Source: an uncultured virus (IMG/VR IMGVR_UViG_3300034355_000834) (lineage: Duplodnaviria; Heunggongvirae; Uroviricota; Caudoviricetes). Taken from it: DNA of 64,000 bases. A program made the position numbers and the translations under genes. The stretch is from the IMG/VR virus record IMGVR_UViG_3300034355_000834. One strand, given 5' to 3'. The notes beneath the pieces were generated by a model. It saw nothing but the letters and a program-made list of their open reading frames with translations, was not told the DNA's origin and ran no database searches. This document shows, in pieces, positions 28,809-38,639 of this stretch (its first letter is position 1; every line of letters begins with the position of its first letter).

Positions 28809-30037
28809 TGAGTGATATAAACGTAAGTACAAAAATAGATAAGTGTATTATTACCGGCGAATCGGTTGTTTCAGTTTTAGATTTGGGTCAACACTCTTAT
28901 GCGGATACATTTATCAATGAAGATCAATTGAATCTATCTGAGCCTGTGTTTCCGTTGCAAGTAAATTTATGCCCATCTTCTGGTCATTTACAACTCGCTT
29001 ATGTAAGTCACGCTGAAGAGCGATACAATTTGTATAGCTATAGCTATACGTCAAGCAATTCTGCATTCTCGCGAAATCATTGGGATAACTATGCTCGCGA
29101 GGTTAAGAATCGGTTTAGCCCAACATCATTGGTAGTAGAAGTTGGTAGTAACGATGGTTACTTGGTTGGCCAATTTTCTGATAGTTGCAAAAAAGTATTA
29201 GGCGTGGATATTTCAGGGACGATGTGTTCAATCGCCGAAGATCGTGGTGTACCATCAGTTCAGGGTGCGTTTAATAGCAATTTAGGAAAAGAATTACAAG
29301 AACTTCATGGTTATGCTGATGTAGTTATTGCTAACAATGTATTAAATCATGCCAATGATCCTGTGGATTTTTCAAAAGGAGCAGCTACCTTAATTGGAAT
29401 CAACGGAACATTCGTTTTTGAAATGCCCTATTGGGTAAGTATGTTAGAAAGCGGTCGTTTTGTAGATCAGGTATATCATGAGCATATTAGCTATTTTACA
29501 ATGAAGAGCATTGTAGCAATGTTAAGTAAGGCAGATTTGGTAGTATCTGATGTCGAGGTTGTAGACTATCATGGTGGAAGTATTCGCGTATATGCGCGAT
29601 ATAAAACATCGGCAACTCAGTCTCCATTAGTGGATTCTTATATCAAGCATGAAGAAGAAAGTGGATATTTTACCAGTGAGTTTTATGACGCACTTGTTAA
29701 AAAGTTTTCACAACAACGCTCAGAATGGTTAGCTAATTTTTACAGAATTAAAAATGAAAACCCAAATGCCATTATCATTGGAGTCGGTGCTGCCGCTAAG
29801 GCAATGACATGGCTGAATTATCATGGAATCAATAAAAATGATCTTTGTTACATCACGGATTCCAGTGAATTTAAGCAAGGAAAATATACCGCGCTAAGTA
29901 GAATTCCTATAGTGTCCGACAATATATTCGCTGAATATCATGATCCCTATGCGCTCGTATTGAGTTGGAACATTGGTGATCGGCTAAAAGAAATCTTACT
30001 TAGTATTAACCCAAATATCAAATTTATCTCACAATGA
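28808..30037 (+). CDS. NDP-hexose C-methyltransferase (NovU/EryBIII/TcaB9-like)
   Basis: VLDLG..ADTF, EVGSNDG, ANNVLNH, YHEHISYF, HGGSIR, GAAAKA, KQGKY..IPIV. Confidence 0.88.
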   Translation: MSDINVSTKIDKCIITGESVVSVLDLGQHSYADTFINEDQLNLSEPVFPLQVNLCPSSGHLQLAYVSHAEERYNLYSYSYTSSNSAFSRNHWDNYAREVKNRFSPTSLVVEVGSNDGYLVGQFSDSCKKVLGVDISGTMCSIAEDRGVPSVQGAFNSNLGKELQELHGYADVVIANNVLNHANDPVDFSKGAATLIGINGTFVFEMPYWVSMLESGRFVDQVYHEHISYFTMKSIVAMLSKADLVVSDVEVVDYHGGSIRVYARYKTSATQSPLVDSYIKHEEESGYFTSEFYDALVKKFSQQRSEWLANFYRIKNENPNAIIIGVGAAAKAMTWLNYHGINKNDLCYITDSSEFKQGKYTALSRIPIVSDNIFAEYHDPYALVLSWNIGDRLKEILLSINPNIKFISQ

Positions 30038-30444
30038 AACGAATCAATATTTATAAACCCATTCCAGATTCTGGATTAGAAGTTCACGGTGATGACCGAG
30101 GATGGATTGCTGATGTATTTTATGGCACCAGCATCAATCATGTCTGTATTCTCAAAAACAACCCAAATGCCGTTCGTGGTAATCATTACCATAAAAACAC
30201 TGTTCAGCACACGCTATTAACTAAAGGAAAAATGCGCTATTGGTGGCAAGTATCCGATAAAAGTCAAGCAGCGAATTTTATTGACGTTGAGGTTGGTGAT
30301 CTTATTACCAGCGAACCTAATGAGATTCATACTCTACAGTTTTTAGATGAAGATTCTGAGTGTGTGGTTTTCACCGAAGGTCCGCGTGGTGGCGTAGATT
30401 ACGAGTCTGATACGTATAGAGTAGAGTCTATTATTTCAGAATGA
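30034..30444 (+). CDS. cupin sugar epimerase/isomerase (RmlC/FdtA-like)
   Basis: DDRG, RGNHYH, EIH. Confidence 0.8.
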   Translation: MKRINIYKPIPDSGLEVHGDDRGWIADVFYGTSINHVCILKNNPNAVRGNHYHKNTVQHTLLTKGKMRYWWQVSDKSQAANFIDVEVGDLITSEPNEIHTLQFLDEDSECVVFTEGPRGGVDYESDTYRVESIISE

Positions 30445-31034
30445 AAGCATTAGTATTTGGAGCCTCTGGTGGCATAGGCAATGCAACCACTGATCTTCTT
30501 AAAGACAAGGACTATCAGGTAATCGGATTATCCAGCGCCAATGTTGATTTTACCGATATTGATAGTGGTGATGTTATATATTATTACTTGAAAAAGAACG
30601 ACCCTGATGTTATAATCAATTGTGCCGGATATTTAGCGGACAATTATGATTCTGGTCATAATACGCTCTATATTAACATAGAATCAAATTGGTCTATCAT
30701 TAGGTATTATATTGACAATCCGCCCATCAAGCCTGTTCATATTGTTTTAGTGGGTAGCAGTGCTTATAGAGAAGGAAAAAAACAGTACATGATGTATTCG
30801 GCCAGTAAAGCTGCCCTTCATAATTTGTGGGAGGGTGCTGCCGACTACTTTAAAAACACCAATGTTACCATAAGCATCATTCATCCTGTGAGAACAAGGT
30901 CTAAGATGACAATCAATAGATTTTCGCCTGATTTGGATTATTTTGAGCCAGAAGAAGTGGCAGAAAGAATACTATCAATGATTGATGACAACGAAAGTAA
31001 ATGTATTAAAATATCATTTGAGGAAAAACAATGA
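30441..31034 (+). CDS. short-chain dehydrogenase/reductase
   Basis: GASGGIG, INCAG, YSASK. Confidence 0.85.
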   Translation: MKALVFGASGGIGNATTDLLKDKDYQVIGLSSANVDFTDIDSGDVIYYYLKKNDPDVIINCAGYLADNYDSGHNTLYINIESNWSIIRYYIDNPPIKPVHIVLVGSSAYREGKKQYMMYSASKAALHNLWEGAADYFKNTNVTISIIHPVRTRSKMTINRFSPDLDYFEPEEVAERILSMIDDNESKCIKISFEEKQ

Positions 31035-31801
31035 AAAAATTAGGACTATTAGGTAAAGGAACTGTGGGTTCCGCAGTATATGAGGGGCTGAAATCAATTG
31101 GGCATAATATGTCTTTTTATGATCCATCCTATCCAGAAACGAAATTTGAAGACATTCTTGATACTGAATGCGTATTCATTTGTGTACCAACTGATCAAGC
31201 TGACAACGGTGATTGTGATGTATCCATTGTGAACTCAGTGGTTGCTCAACTTAGCGATGTTGGCTACAAGGGGCTTGTTGCTATCAAGAGCACTGTTGTT
31301 CCTGGAACTTCGGCAAGGCTACAAGAAGAATATCCTTCGTTACGAATGGCATCTGTTCCAGAATTTTTAAGGGCAAAAACCGCATTGGCTGATTTTGTAT
31401 ACAACCATGATGTATTGGTCATTGGGACATTCAATGAAGCAGATGCTAATTTGGTTGAAGAAATTCATGGAAGCCTTCCGAAAGCGGTGAGCAAGATTTC
31501 TCCCACTGAAGCAGAGATCATTAAGTATTTTAACAATGTACATCATTCTGTATCTATTATCTTCGCAAATATTGCATACGAAGTCTGCAAGCGGCTTGGT
31601 GTAAATTACAATAATGTTTATGAAACTATTATCAAGCGAGAATGCTTCAATCCTGCCTATCTGAAGTGTAATGACAATATGCGTGGATTTGGCGGTCATT
31701 GTTTGCCCAAAGATACCAGCGCATGGAATAATCTGATTAAAAATCTTGGTCTTGAATTTGAATTGATTCAAGCTGCTCTTAACGATAATAAGAGGGTATA
31801 A
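31031..31801 (+). CDS. UDP-glucose/GDP-mannose dehydrogenase family (C-terminal domain absent)
   Basis: GKGTVG, FICVPT, IKSTVVPG, PEFL, GFGGHCLPKD. Confidence 0.88.
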   Translation: MKKLGLLGKGTVGSAVYEGLKSIGHNMSFYDPSYPETKFEDILDTECVFICVPTDQADNGDCDVSIVNSVVAQLSDVGYKGLVAIKSTVVPGTSARLQEEYPSLRMASVPEFLRAKTALADFVYNHDVLVIGTFNEADANLVEEIHGSLPKAVSKISPTEAEIIKYFNNVHHSVSIIFANIAYEVCKRLGVNYNNVYETIIKRECFNPAYLKCNDNMRGFGGHCLPKDTSAWNNLIKNLGLEFELIQAALNDNKRV

Positions 31802-32706
31802 TGGCAAAAATTCTTGTAACAGGAGCCAGTGGTCTGCTAGGAACAGAGATATGCAGGCAGCTAAAGGAATCAACAAATCATGTGGTTACTGCACTTGATA
31901 ATCATTCTCGTTCATCATCTATTCCACCGTGTGATCAGTGGGTAAGAGCAGATTTGAGAAATAAGGATACATTAGATCATCTTGGGTTTGATTGGGATTA
32001 TATCTATCATTACTCTGCTATCAATGGCACCACCAACTTCTACGAACGCCCAAATGAAGTGTTGACCAATAACTTTATTAGCGATGTATCAGTTTTTGAG
32101 TTTGCATCCAAGTGTAAAAATCTAAAAAAGATTATTTACGCAAGCACCAGTGAAATGGTTAGCGACGAGCCGCTATGTCCAACCCCAGAACTCAGTGATA
32201 TCACTATAAAAGATATTCATAATGCTCGTTGGAGTTATCGTATCGCTAAATTAGCCAGTGAAAACTACTTAGCCAATAGCAAATTACCTTATGTCACTAT
32301 TCGGTATTTTAATATCTATGGTCCCGGTAGCAAGGCTGGTCATTTTGTTGCAGATCAGATTGCCAAGATTAAGCGAGGAATCTTTGAAATTGTCGGCGGC
32401 GATGAGTCTCGCAGTTTTTGCTATATTGAGGATGCTATTCAAGCAACTATCTATTGTGGCGAACATGTCGGCGGCATCGTCATCAATGTTGGCAACGATC
32501 AGGAAACGAATATCGGAGAGGCGTGTAAAATTATTGGAACGCTCATGGGTTATGAAAATGCGCAATGGACCACCATTCCAGGCAGAGATGGCAGCACCAA
32601 GCGGCGTTTACCTGATATTAACCGATTACGATCTATTATGCCTTCATATTCTCCGAGAACCTTTACAGAAGGGATGATTGATATTGTAAGAGAATTGTCA
32701 CTTTAA
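31801..32706 (+). CDS. NAD-dependent sugar epimerase/decarboxylase (UDP-glucuronate decarboxylase-like)
   Basis: TGASGLLG, YASTSE, YRIAK, RYFNIYGP, RSFCYI.D. Confidence 0.85.
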   Translation: MAKILVTGASGLLGTEICRQLKESTNHVVTALDNHSRSSSIPPCDQWVRADLRNKDTLDHLGFDWDYIYHYSAINGTTNFYERPNEVLTNNFISDVSVFEFASKCKNLKKIIYASTSEMVSDEPLCPTPELSDITIKDIHNARWSYRIAKLASENYLANSKLPYVTIRYFNIYGPGSKAGHFVADQIAKIKRGIFEIVGGDESRSFCYIEDAIQATIYCGEHVGGIVINVGNDQETNIGEACKIIGTLMGYENAQWTTIPGRDGSTKRRLPDINRLRSIMPSYSPRTFTEGMIDIVRELSL

Positions 32707-32767
32707 TCATTGACAGTGTTGAGTGTTTCTGATATAGTTAGACACTCAACACTATGAGATAACCAGT

Positions 32768-33280
32768 ATGAAAAATGTGTTAATTGATTGGAAAACTATT
32801 GAGAATTATACACTTGAAATTGCTCGACAGATTTCAAGTAGTCGTTGGCAACCTGACTATGTCGTAGGCGTAACACGTGGTGGATTGATGTCTGCCACGT
32901 TGTTGAGCGAATGGTTTGATTGCCCAATGCACACATTGGAAGTTCATTTTAAAAATACCGTACCAGACAATTGCCAATCTGTTCTTTGGATGGCAGAAGA
33001 TGCTTTTGGTGAGTATGAAGATAAGAAAAACATTCTTGTCATTGATGATATAAACAAGGCAGGGAATGTCATCAATTGGATAATAAATGATTGGCAAAAT
33101 TCTTGTCACCCAAATGATCCTCGTTGGGAAGATGTATGGGGAAAAAATGTAAGATTCTCGGCATTATTTGACAAGCCTTGCGGAAAAATTCTACATCACG
33201 TAGATTACAGCGCAACGTCAATGGACCTTGATGATGATCGTTGGATACATATGCCTTGGCAAAATTGGTGGATGAGGTAA
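32768..33280 (+). CDS. phosphoribosyltransferase (Gpt-like)
   Basis: PDYVVGVTRGGL, ILVIDDIN, W..MPW. Confidence 0.8.
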   Translation: MKNVLIDWKTIENYTLEIARQISSSRWQPDYVVGVTRGGLMSATLLSEWFDCPMHTLEVHFKNTVPDNCQSVLWMAEDAFGEYEDKKNILVIDDINKAGNVINWIINDWQNSCHPNDPRWEDVWGKNVRFSALFDKPCGKILHHVDYSATSMDLDDDRWIHMPWQNWWMR

Positions 33281-33285
33281 TTATT

Positions 33286-33711
33286 ATGAGAGCAGGAGAT
33301 TTTCACAACATGGTTGGTCAACGAAGATACGTCACTCGCCCTAATCGCGAGTGGGAGTGTTTTAAATCGGCCAACAGTCATTTACACAGAAGCAGGGATG
33401 CCTCACTGACAGCAGGATTAACATTCTGCACGTCTGGTTATACTTCTGGTGGACAACAACCCATTTATCATACTCCGGTATACGAACTAGGGGTGATAGA
33501 TAAGTCTACGAATCGGGCTATTCGTTGGTTGCATCCTGATTTTAAAGAGGATTTCATCAAGGAATGCGAGAGTAAAGGAATTGATTGGACAAATGCAATT
33601 GATGATCTATCATTTGTTACTATTGACGATTATGATGAAGCTCGTTCAAAAGTAAGAGAATTGATATCGGAATTTTACAAATCCCACCCAGGATATGACA
33701 TATACGATTAG
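33286..33711 (+). CDS. hypothetical protein (paralog of 42089..42562)
   Basis: shared AIRW..P..K..F..EC..K.ID...A motif. Confidence 0.6.
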   Translation: MRAGDFHNMVGQRRYVTRPNREWECFKSANSHLHRSRDASLTAGLTFCTSGYTSGGQQPIYHTPVYELGVIDKSTNRAIRWLHPDFKEDFIKECESKGIDWTNAIDDLSFVTIDDYDEARSKVRELISEFYKSHPGYDIYD

Positions 33712-33744
33712 GTCTAATTAGATTATCAACAGGGAAATTATTTT

Positions 33745-34854
33745 ATGTATTTTTTTACAAGTGAAAGCGTAAGCGAAGGTCATCCGGATAAGGTGGCTGA
33801 TGCTATTAGTGATGCTATCTTAGATTTAGCATTATCAGTAAAAACAACCGAAGCAAAACAAGCTACAAGAGTGGCTTGCGAAACCATGGTCACAACCAAT
33901 AGAGTTATTGTGGCCGGTGAATACAAGGGTGTATTAAATGACACCGATGTAGAGGCTACCATTAAACAGGTGGTCAAAGATATAGGATATGAACAAGATG
34001 GATTTAATTGGAAGACCTTAAAGATTAGTAATTATCTTCATGGTCAAAGTGCTGATATTGCCTTGGGAACAGATAATCTTGGTGCCGGTGATCAGGGAAT
34101 TATGTTTGGTTTCGCAAACGATGATACCGAAGAGTATATGCCAGCAGCCATTTATTACAGTCACAAGATAGTAAAGCGATTGGCCGAGATTAGAAAAGCA
34201 GGTGAGTCTATGCTTGGACCCGATACAAAGTCTCAGGTCACTATTGAATACACTGTTGACAATCGTGTTGATAACATACCAAAAATTGTATGTTCAACCC
34301 AACATTCTTCAGATAGCGAAATTAAGCAAGTCAAAGAATTGGTACTGAATACTATTCATGAAGTTATTCCTAGCCATTTGCTTACCAATAACACCGAGTA
34401 TCTTATTAACCCTACTGGAAGATTTGTAATTGGTGGACCAGATGGAGATTGTGGTCTCACTGGCAGGAAGATTATCGTTGACACTTATGGTGGATATTCA
34501 CCACATGGCGGTGGTGCATTCTCTGGCAAGGATCCATCCAAGGTTGATAGGTCGGCGGCATATATGTCTCGCTATCTTGCTAAAAACATTGTCAGCCATT
34601 ATGGTGGTAGATCAGCAACAGTTCAATTATCATACGCTATTGGCGTAAAAGAACCCACATCAATCTTTGTTATGTTGGATGGTAAAGTGAGAGAAGACAT
34701 TGCATCAAGAATTAAATGTTTGGTAGATTTAACGCCGAAGGGTATCATTGACAGGTTTGATCTATTCAGGCCGATTTACAGAAAAACAACCAACTATGGA
34801 CATTTTGGCAAACCCGACAATGATCTGGCTTGGGAAAACATCAATCTATTTTAA
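33745..34854 (+). CDS. metK: S-adenosylmethionine synthetase
   Basis: FTSESVSEGHPDK, GAGDQG, GRKIIVDTYGG, GGGAFSGKDPSKVDRS. Confidence 0.97.
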   Translation: MYFFTSESVSEGHPDKVADAISDAILDLALSVKTTEAKQATRVACETMVTTNRVIVAGEYKGVLNDTDVEATIKQVVKDIGYEQDGFNWKTLKISNYLHGQSADIALGTDNLGAGDQGIMFGFANDDTEEYMPAAIYYSHKIVKRLAEIRKAGESMLGPDTKSQVTIEYTVDNRVDNIPKIVCSTQHSSDSEIKQVKELVLNTIHEVIPSHLLTNNTEYLINPTGRFVIGGPDGDCGLTGRKIIVDTYGGYSPHGGGAFSGKDPSKVDRSAAYMSRYLAKNIVSHYGGRSATVQLSYAIGVKEPTSIFVMLDGKVREDIASRIKCLVDLTPKGIIDRFDLFRPIYRKTTNYGHFGKPDNDLAWENINLF

Positions 34855-34863
34855 TTAAGTAAA

Positions 34864-35238
34864 ATGAAATGGTTCAGTAATCTTTTCAAAAGAAAGAAAA
34901 AACAAGTTAAGAAAAAAGAAGCGTTAAGTGAGATAGAGGTAGCCACTCAACGAGGCGAACCCTATGTTGCTATTTTAAGCATGGACATTGATCCAAATAA
35001 CCCGCACGAAGGTTCGTTTGAATTAGAATGGAATGATAAATTTCTCACGACCTTGATTCGTCATGGATATCAAAAATCGGAGAATGACACGGATGCTGAT
35101 ATTGTGGATCGGTGGTTTGTTACTTTGTGTAGGCATGTAGTATTAGAGACATTTGAACAATATGAGGCTATGTTGCCTGATGTTCACCGAGTAATTAAAC
35201 AAAAAAATATTGGGGACGGATTTTCAGAAGCCTCTTGA
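34864..35238 (+). CDS. hypothetical phage protein
   Basis: ORF; GEPYV..FELEWN. Confidence 0.65.
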   Translation: MKWFSNLFKRKKKQVKKKEALSEIEVATQRGEPYVAILSMDIDPNNPHEGSFELEWNDKFLTTLIRHGYQKSENDTDADIVDRWFVTLCRHVVLETFEQYEAMLPDVHRVIKQKNIGDGFSEAS

Positions 35239-35289
35239 CTCATTGACGACGATATGACATAATAATCATATCGTCACAGGAGAAATTAA

Positions 35290-36303
35290 ATGCGTTTTTT
35301 GTTAGTGGATTTGGCCAATACTTTTTTCAGAAGTAGGCATGCTGCGTTTAGATCATCATCTATTGATGAAAAAATTGGTATGGCTCTTCATATCACCATA
35401 TCATCGGTCAATTCATTGGCCAAAAAATTTGATCCAGATCATGTCGTTTTCGCTCTCGAAGGAAGATCATGGAGGAAGGATTTTTATGAACCTTATAAAA
35501 GAAATAGGCAAGTTGCCAGAAATGCTCTCACAACGAAAGAACAAGAAGAAGAGCAATTATTTTGGGAAATTTACGAAGAACTTGTAAATTACCTTACCAC
35601 AAAAACAAATTGTAGTGTAATCCGATGTCCTACAGCAGAAGGTGACGATGTTATTGCCCGATGGATTGCCATGCATCCAAATGATCATCATACTATAATC
35701 AGTTCAGATTCGGACTTCGCCCAATTATTATCTGAGAATGTAAATCAATATAATGGTATTGCCGATGAATTGATTACCCTTGATGGCATCACAACCATTG
35801 ATGGCAAACCAATTCTTGATAAGAAAACCAAGGAACCAAAAGCAGCACCGAATCCAGAATGGTTGCTATTTGAGAAAATTATTCGCGGAGATACCTCGGA
35901 CAATATCTTTTCTGCTTATCCTGGCGTAAGAACAAATGGCTCTAAGAACAAAGTTGGACTGAGAGAAGCATTTGATGATAGGCAGAAAAAAGGATGGGCA
36001 TGGAATAACCTACAATTGCAACGATGGACTGATCATAATGGCGATGAGCACAAAGTTCTTGATGATTACAATAGAAATAAAATCCTCATAGACTTGACAT
36101 GCCAACCAGAAGATATTAAACTTCAAATAGACACATCCATCAGAGAGGGCATTACTGAGGAATCTGTATCACAAGTAGGGGTAAAATTCCTTAAATTCTG
36201 TGGCAAACATTCTTTAATAAAGCTCGGTGATCAGGCGGAATCGATAGGAAGATGGATGTCTAAAGTATATTGCGGAGAAGTAAAAAATGACAGTGATTGC
36301 TAA
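35290..36303 (+). CDS. rnh: T4 RNase H-like 5'-3' exonuclease/flap nuclease
   Basis: LVDLAN, SWRK..YK.NR, EGDDVI, SSDSDFAQL, RGDTSDNI. Confidence 0.9.
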   Translation: MRFLLVDLANTFFRSRHAAFRSSSIDEKIGMALHITISSVNSLAKKFDPDHVVFALEGRSWRKDFYEPYKRNRQVARNALTTKEQEEEQLFWEIYEELVNYLTTKTNCSVIRCPTAEGDDVIARWIAMHPNDHHTIISSDSDFAQLLSENVNQYNGIADELITLDGITTIDGKPILDKKTKEPKAAPNPEWLLFEKIIRGDTSDNIFSAYPGVRTNGSKNKVGLREAFDDRQKKGWAWNNLQLQRWTDHNGDEHKVLDDYNRNKILIDLTCQPEDIKLQIDTSIREGITEESVSQVGVKFLKFCGKHSLIKLGDQAESIGRWMSKVYCGEVKNDSDC

Positions 36304-36712
36304 ACCGATTGTTGACAAAAAATTCTGGATTCTAACTGAAAACGACGTTAAGGTTGGAAATGTAGAGGCAGATAACACTGGTTATCAGATTAAAATCAAC
36401 AATCAGGTAACTCATGTAAAGTCAATAAAAAACATTGAAAAAATCATTGATGTAACATTTCAACCAGCTATCGGAGTCAAACACAGAAAGGATACGGTTC
36501 ATGGGTATCCTGCTGGAAAAAATATTCATAATGCTGTGTGGGATTTGACTCAAAATCTACCATTGTTTACAAAAACAAAAAGAAGTAAGTGTTGGTTTGC
36601 GGCTGGTTGGTACAAAGTAACTCGTGAGGACGCAACATCCAGTATTTACTGCCCAAAATTGATTATTTTACGAAGATATCCCTACGAGGGACCATTTTAT
36701 CAGGAGACATAA
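36287..36712 (+). CDS. hypothetical phage protein
   Basis: ORF; AAGWY..CPKLI..RYPYEGP. Confidence 0.65.
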   Translation: MTVIAKPIVDKKFWILTENDVKVGNVEADNTGYQIKINNQVTHVKSIKNIEKIIDVTFQPAIGVKHRKDTVHGYPAGKNIHNAVWDLTQNLPLFTKTKRSKCWFAAGWYKVTREDATSSIYCPKLIILRRYPYEGPFYQET

Positions 36713-37074
36713 TGAGCGTATTTTTAGATCATGAAAAATTCATGACAGCATGTGATCAGAGCGTAGGTATTTTAAATGAGGATCAATTCAATCTATATAA
36801 GCGATTGATTGATGAAGAGGTAGAAGAACTGAATGAGGCTATTGATGCTAAAGATCGTGTAGAACAACTTGACGCATTGTTGGATATTTTAGTCGTGTCT
36901 ATCGGCGCAATACACTCACTTGGTGTAGATAGCGAAGGTGCATGGAACGAGGTTGTTCGTAGTAACATGAGTAAGATTGATAAAGAATCTGGCAAGGTAT
37001 TAAAGCGAGATGATGGCAAGGTATTAAAGCCGGCCTCATTTAGTCCACCCAATCTTGTTCCATTTGTGAAATGA
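36712..37074 (+). CDS. MazG-like/PRA-PH-like NTP pyrophosphohydrolase
   Basis: LIDEEVEEL..DALLD..EVVRSNMSK..DGKVLKP. Confidence 0.85.
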   Translation: MSVFLDHEKFMTACDQSVGILNEDQFNLYKRLIDEEVEELNEAIDAKDRVEQLDALLDILVVSIGAIHSLGVDSEGAWNEVVRSNMSKIDKESGKVLKRDDGKVLKPASFSPPNLVPFVK

Positions 37075-37301
37075 CCAAGGAATACAAAATAAAATCAGAA
37101 GATATCGTTGGCGTTGGACAAGATGATTGCTATCTTGATCCAAGCGATCCCGCCTATGCGCTATTAGGCAATGATAATCTATTGCATAAGCACAGGATTA
37201 TTGAGGAAGAAAAGAAGATAGAATCATGGGAAGACAAGTATGCTCGCGAGCATAACATCAAGCCAGGTTCACCGGCATGGTTTGCACTGAGGGGAAAATG
37301 A
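37071..37301 (+). CDS. hypothetical protein
   Basis: ORF; NIKPGSPAWF. Confidence 0.6.
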   Translation: MTKEYKIKSEDIVGVGQDDCYLDPSDPAYALLGNDNLLHKHRIIEEEKKIESWEDKYAREHNIKPGSPAWFALRGK

Positions 37302-37525
37302 TTCAAATTCAAAAATTTATCAATAAAATTCGGTCATTTGATGCCAGAGGTGTTCGTGACTTCACGATGCCACTATCTGATGCGAAAGACTTGCATACAG
37401 AAATAACATCACTGTTGCTACAGATGGAAGATATGCGATCAAAACTTATTGAACAGGTAGAAAGTCAAGAGACCACTGACACCATTATGTCGGGTGGCTC
37501 GTTTAAGGAAAGCAATTCAGGATGA
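37298..37525 (+). CDS. hypothetical protein
   Basis: ORF; ATGA overlap. Confidence 0.6.
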   Translation: MIQIQKFINKIRSFDARGVRDFTMPLSDAKDLHTEITSLLLQMEDMRSKLIEQVESQETTDTIMSGGSFKESNSG

Positions 37526-37528
37526 AGT

Positions 37529-37810
37529 ATGACAAAACAAACCATTATTTTAGAGCACGTAGATAAGAAAACATTTAACTCTGATCAAATTGTAACCTCT
37601 GATGGTTTGTTTACTATTTGCTATGATGATAAGCCCATAAATTATCGTAAATGCAATATACTATCTGATTTAGTGAAAACCCAGTATAAGAATACGACAT
37701 TTACCAATAAAACAAGGGCTATTACTCAAGCAAAAAAATTGAATAAGTTGTTTAAAACAAACAAGTTTACAGTAGCGATTCTCACAAAAAGTGACCAGGT
37801 CTATCCTTAA
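37529..37810 (+). CDS. hypothetical protein
   Basis: ORF. Confidence 0.6.
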   Translation: MTKQTIILEHVDKKTFNSDQIVTSDGLFTICYDDKPINYRKCNILSDLVKTQYKNTTFTNKTRAITQAKKLNKLFKTNKFTVAILTKSDQVYP

Positions 37811-38168
37811 ACAAGCACTCACGGCTCAGATATTAGAGAAAATTACTGAATACGACGAGTTAGCCGATAAAACCAGCTTTTATGATATATGGATAAATCC
37901 ACAAAAACATCGTGGGTTTAGGCTAACGAACACTGGTTATTTTATATTCAGAGACATAATAAAGGTAAGCGGATTTGAGTTCAAGTTAAAAAACACAAAA
38001 ATAGACACGAGAATGCTTTTTGCGCTTGACAAACATCTAAAAATGCCCTATTATATAGAGAGTGATAAAAAGATGCCGTGTAAATTGATTTTATTTGGCA
38101 GCGATGAAGCCATGATGATGTCTTTGTATAATGATTTACATGACTTTTTGGAATCATATAGATTATGA
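37791..38168 (+). CDS. hypothetical protein
   Basis: ORF; GFRLT..G, PYYI. Confidence 0.6.
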   Translation: MTRSILKQALTAQILEKITEYDELADKTSFYDIWINPQKHRGFRLTNTGYFIFRDIIKVSGFEFKLKNTKIDTRMLFALDKHLKMPYYIESDKKMPCKLILFGSDEAMMMSLYNDLHDFLESYRL

Positions 38169-38335
38169 TCGTTTGTAGTTGTCGTGTGATATCTACAACC
38201 GATTATGAAAATATCGGTGAATTGAAGGATAGAATCATGTCCGATGATGCGGATTGTGGTAGCTGTCAAGCCGATATTGAAACCTTACTCAACTACGTTG
38301 AGTTTTTAAAACACAATGAGGAAAATAAAAAATGA
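38165..38335 (+). CDS. BFD-like [2Fe-2S] small protein (not in the ORF track)
   Basis: hand translation MIVCSCRVIS...DCGSC, 56 aa; ATGA overlaps at both ends. Confidence 0.75.
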   Translation: MIVCSCRVISTTDYENIGELKDRIMSDDADCGSCQADIETLLNYVEFLKHNEENKK

Positions 38336-38553
38336 AATTTGTAACTATTATTGCAGCAATGCTTCTTACTGTTGGTTGTGCGAGCAAGGGCGATCTAGCT
38401 GCGCTGAGTGGTCGTGTAGATGCACTTGAAGGTCAACATAAGGTCATTGAGTCCGAACACGCTGACGTAAAGGCAAATCAAGAATCATTCAAGGCCGAAC
38501 TTGATGAGCAGAATGCAAAGCTGGATCGTATCTTTGCAAAAGGTCGCAAGTAA
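38332..38553 (+). CDS. Lpp/OprI-like lipoprotein
   Basis: signal peptide with lipobox TVGC; coiled coil ending LDRIFAK. Confidence 0.7.
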   Translation: MKFVTIIAAMLLTVGCASKGDLAALSGRVDALEGQHKVIESEHADVKANQESFKAELDEQNAKLDRIFAKGRK

Positions 38554-38639
38554 AAGCTAAATAGAATATGAGGACTGCTCCATTGCGATTGCGATGGTGA
38601 ACAGACTGGCCCAGTAGCAGTCCTCGTTTTATCGTGAAT

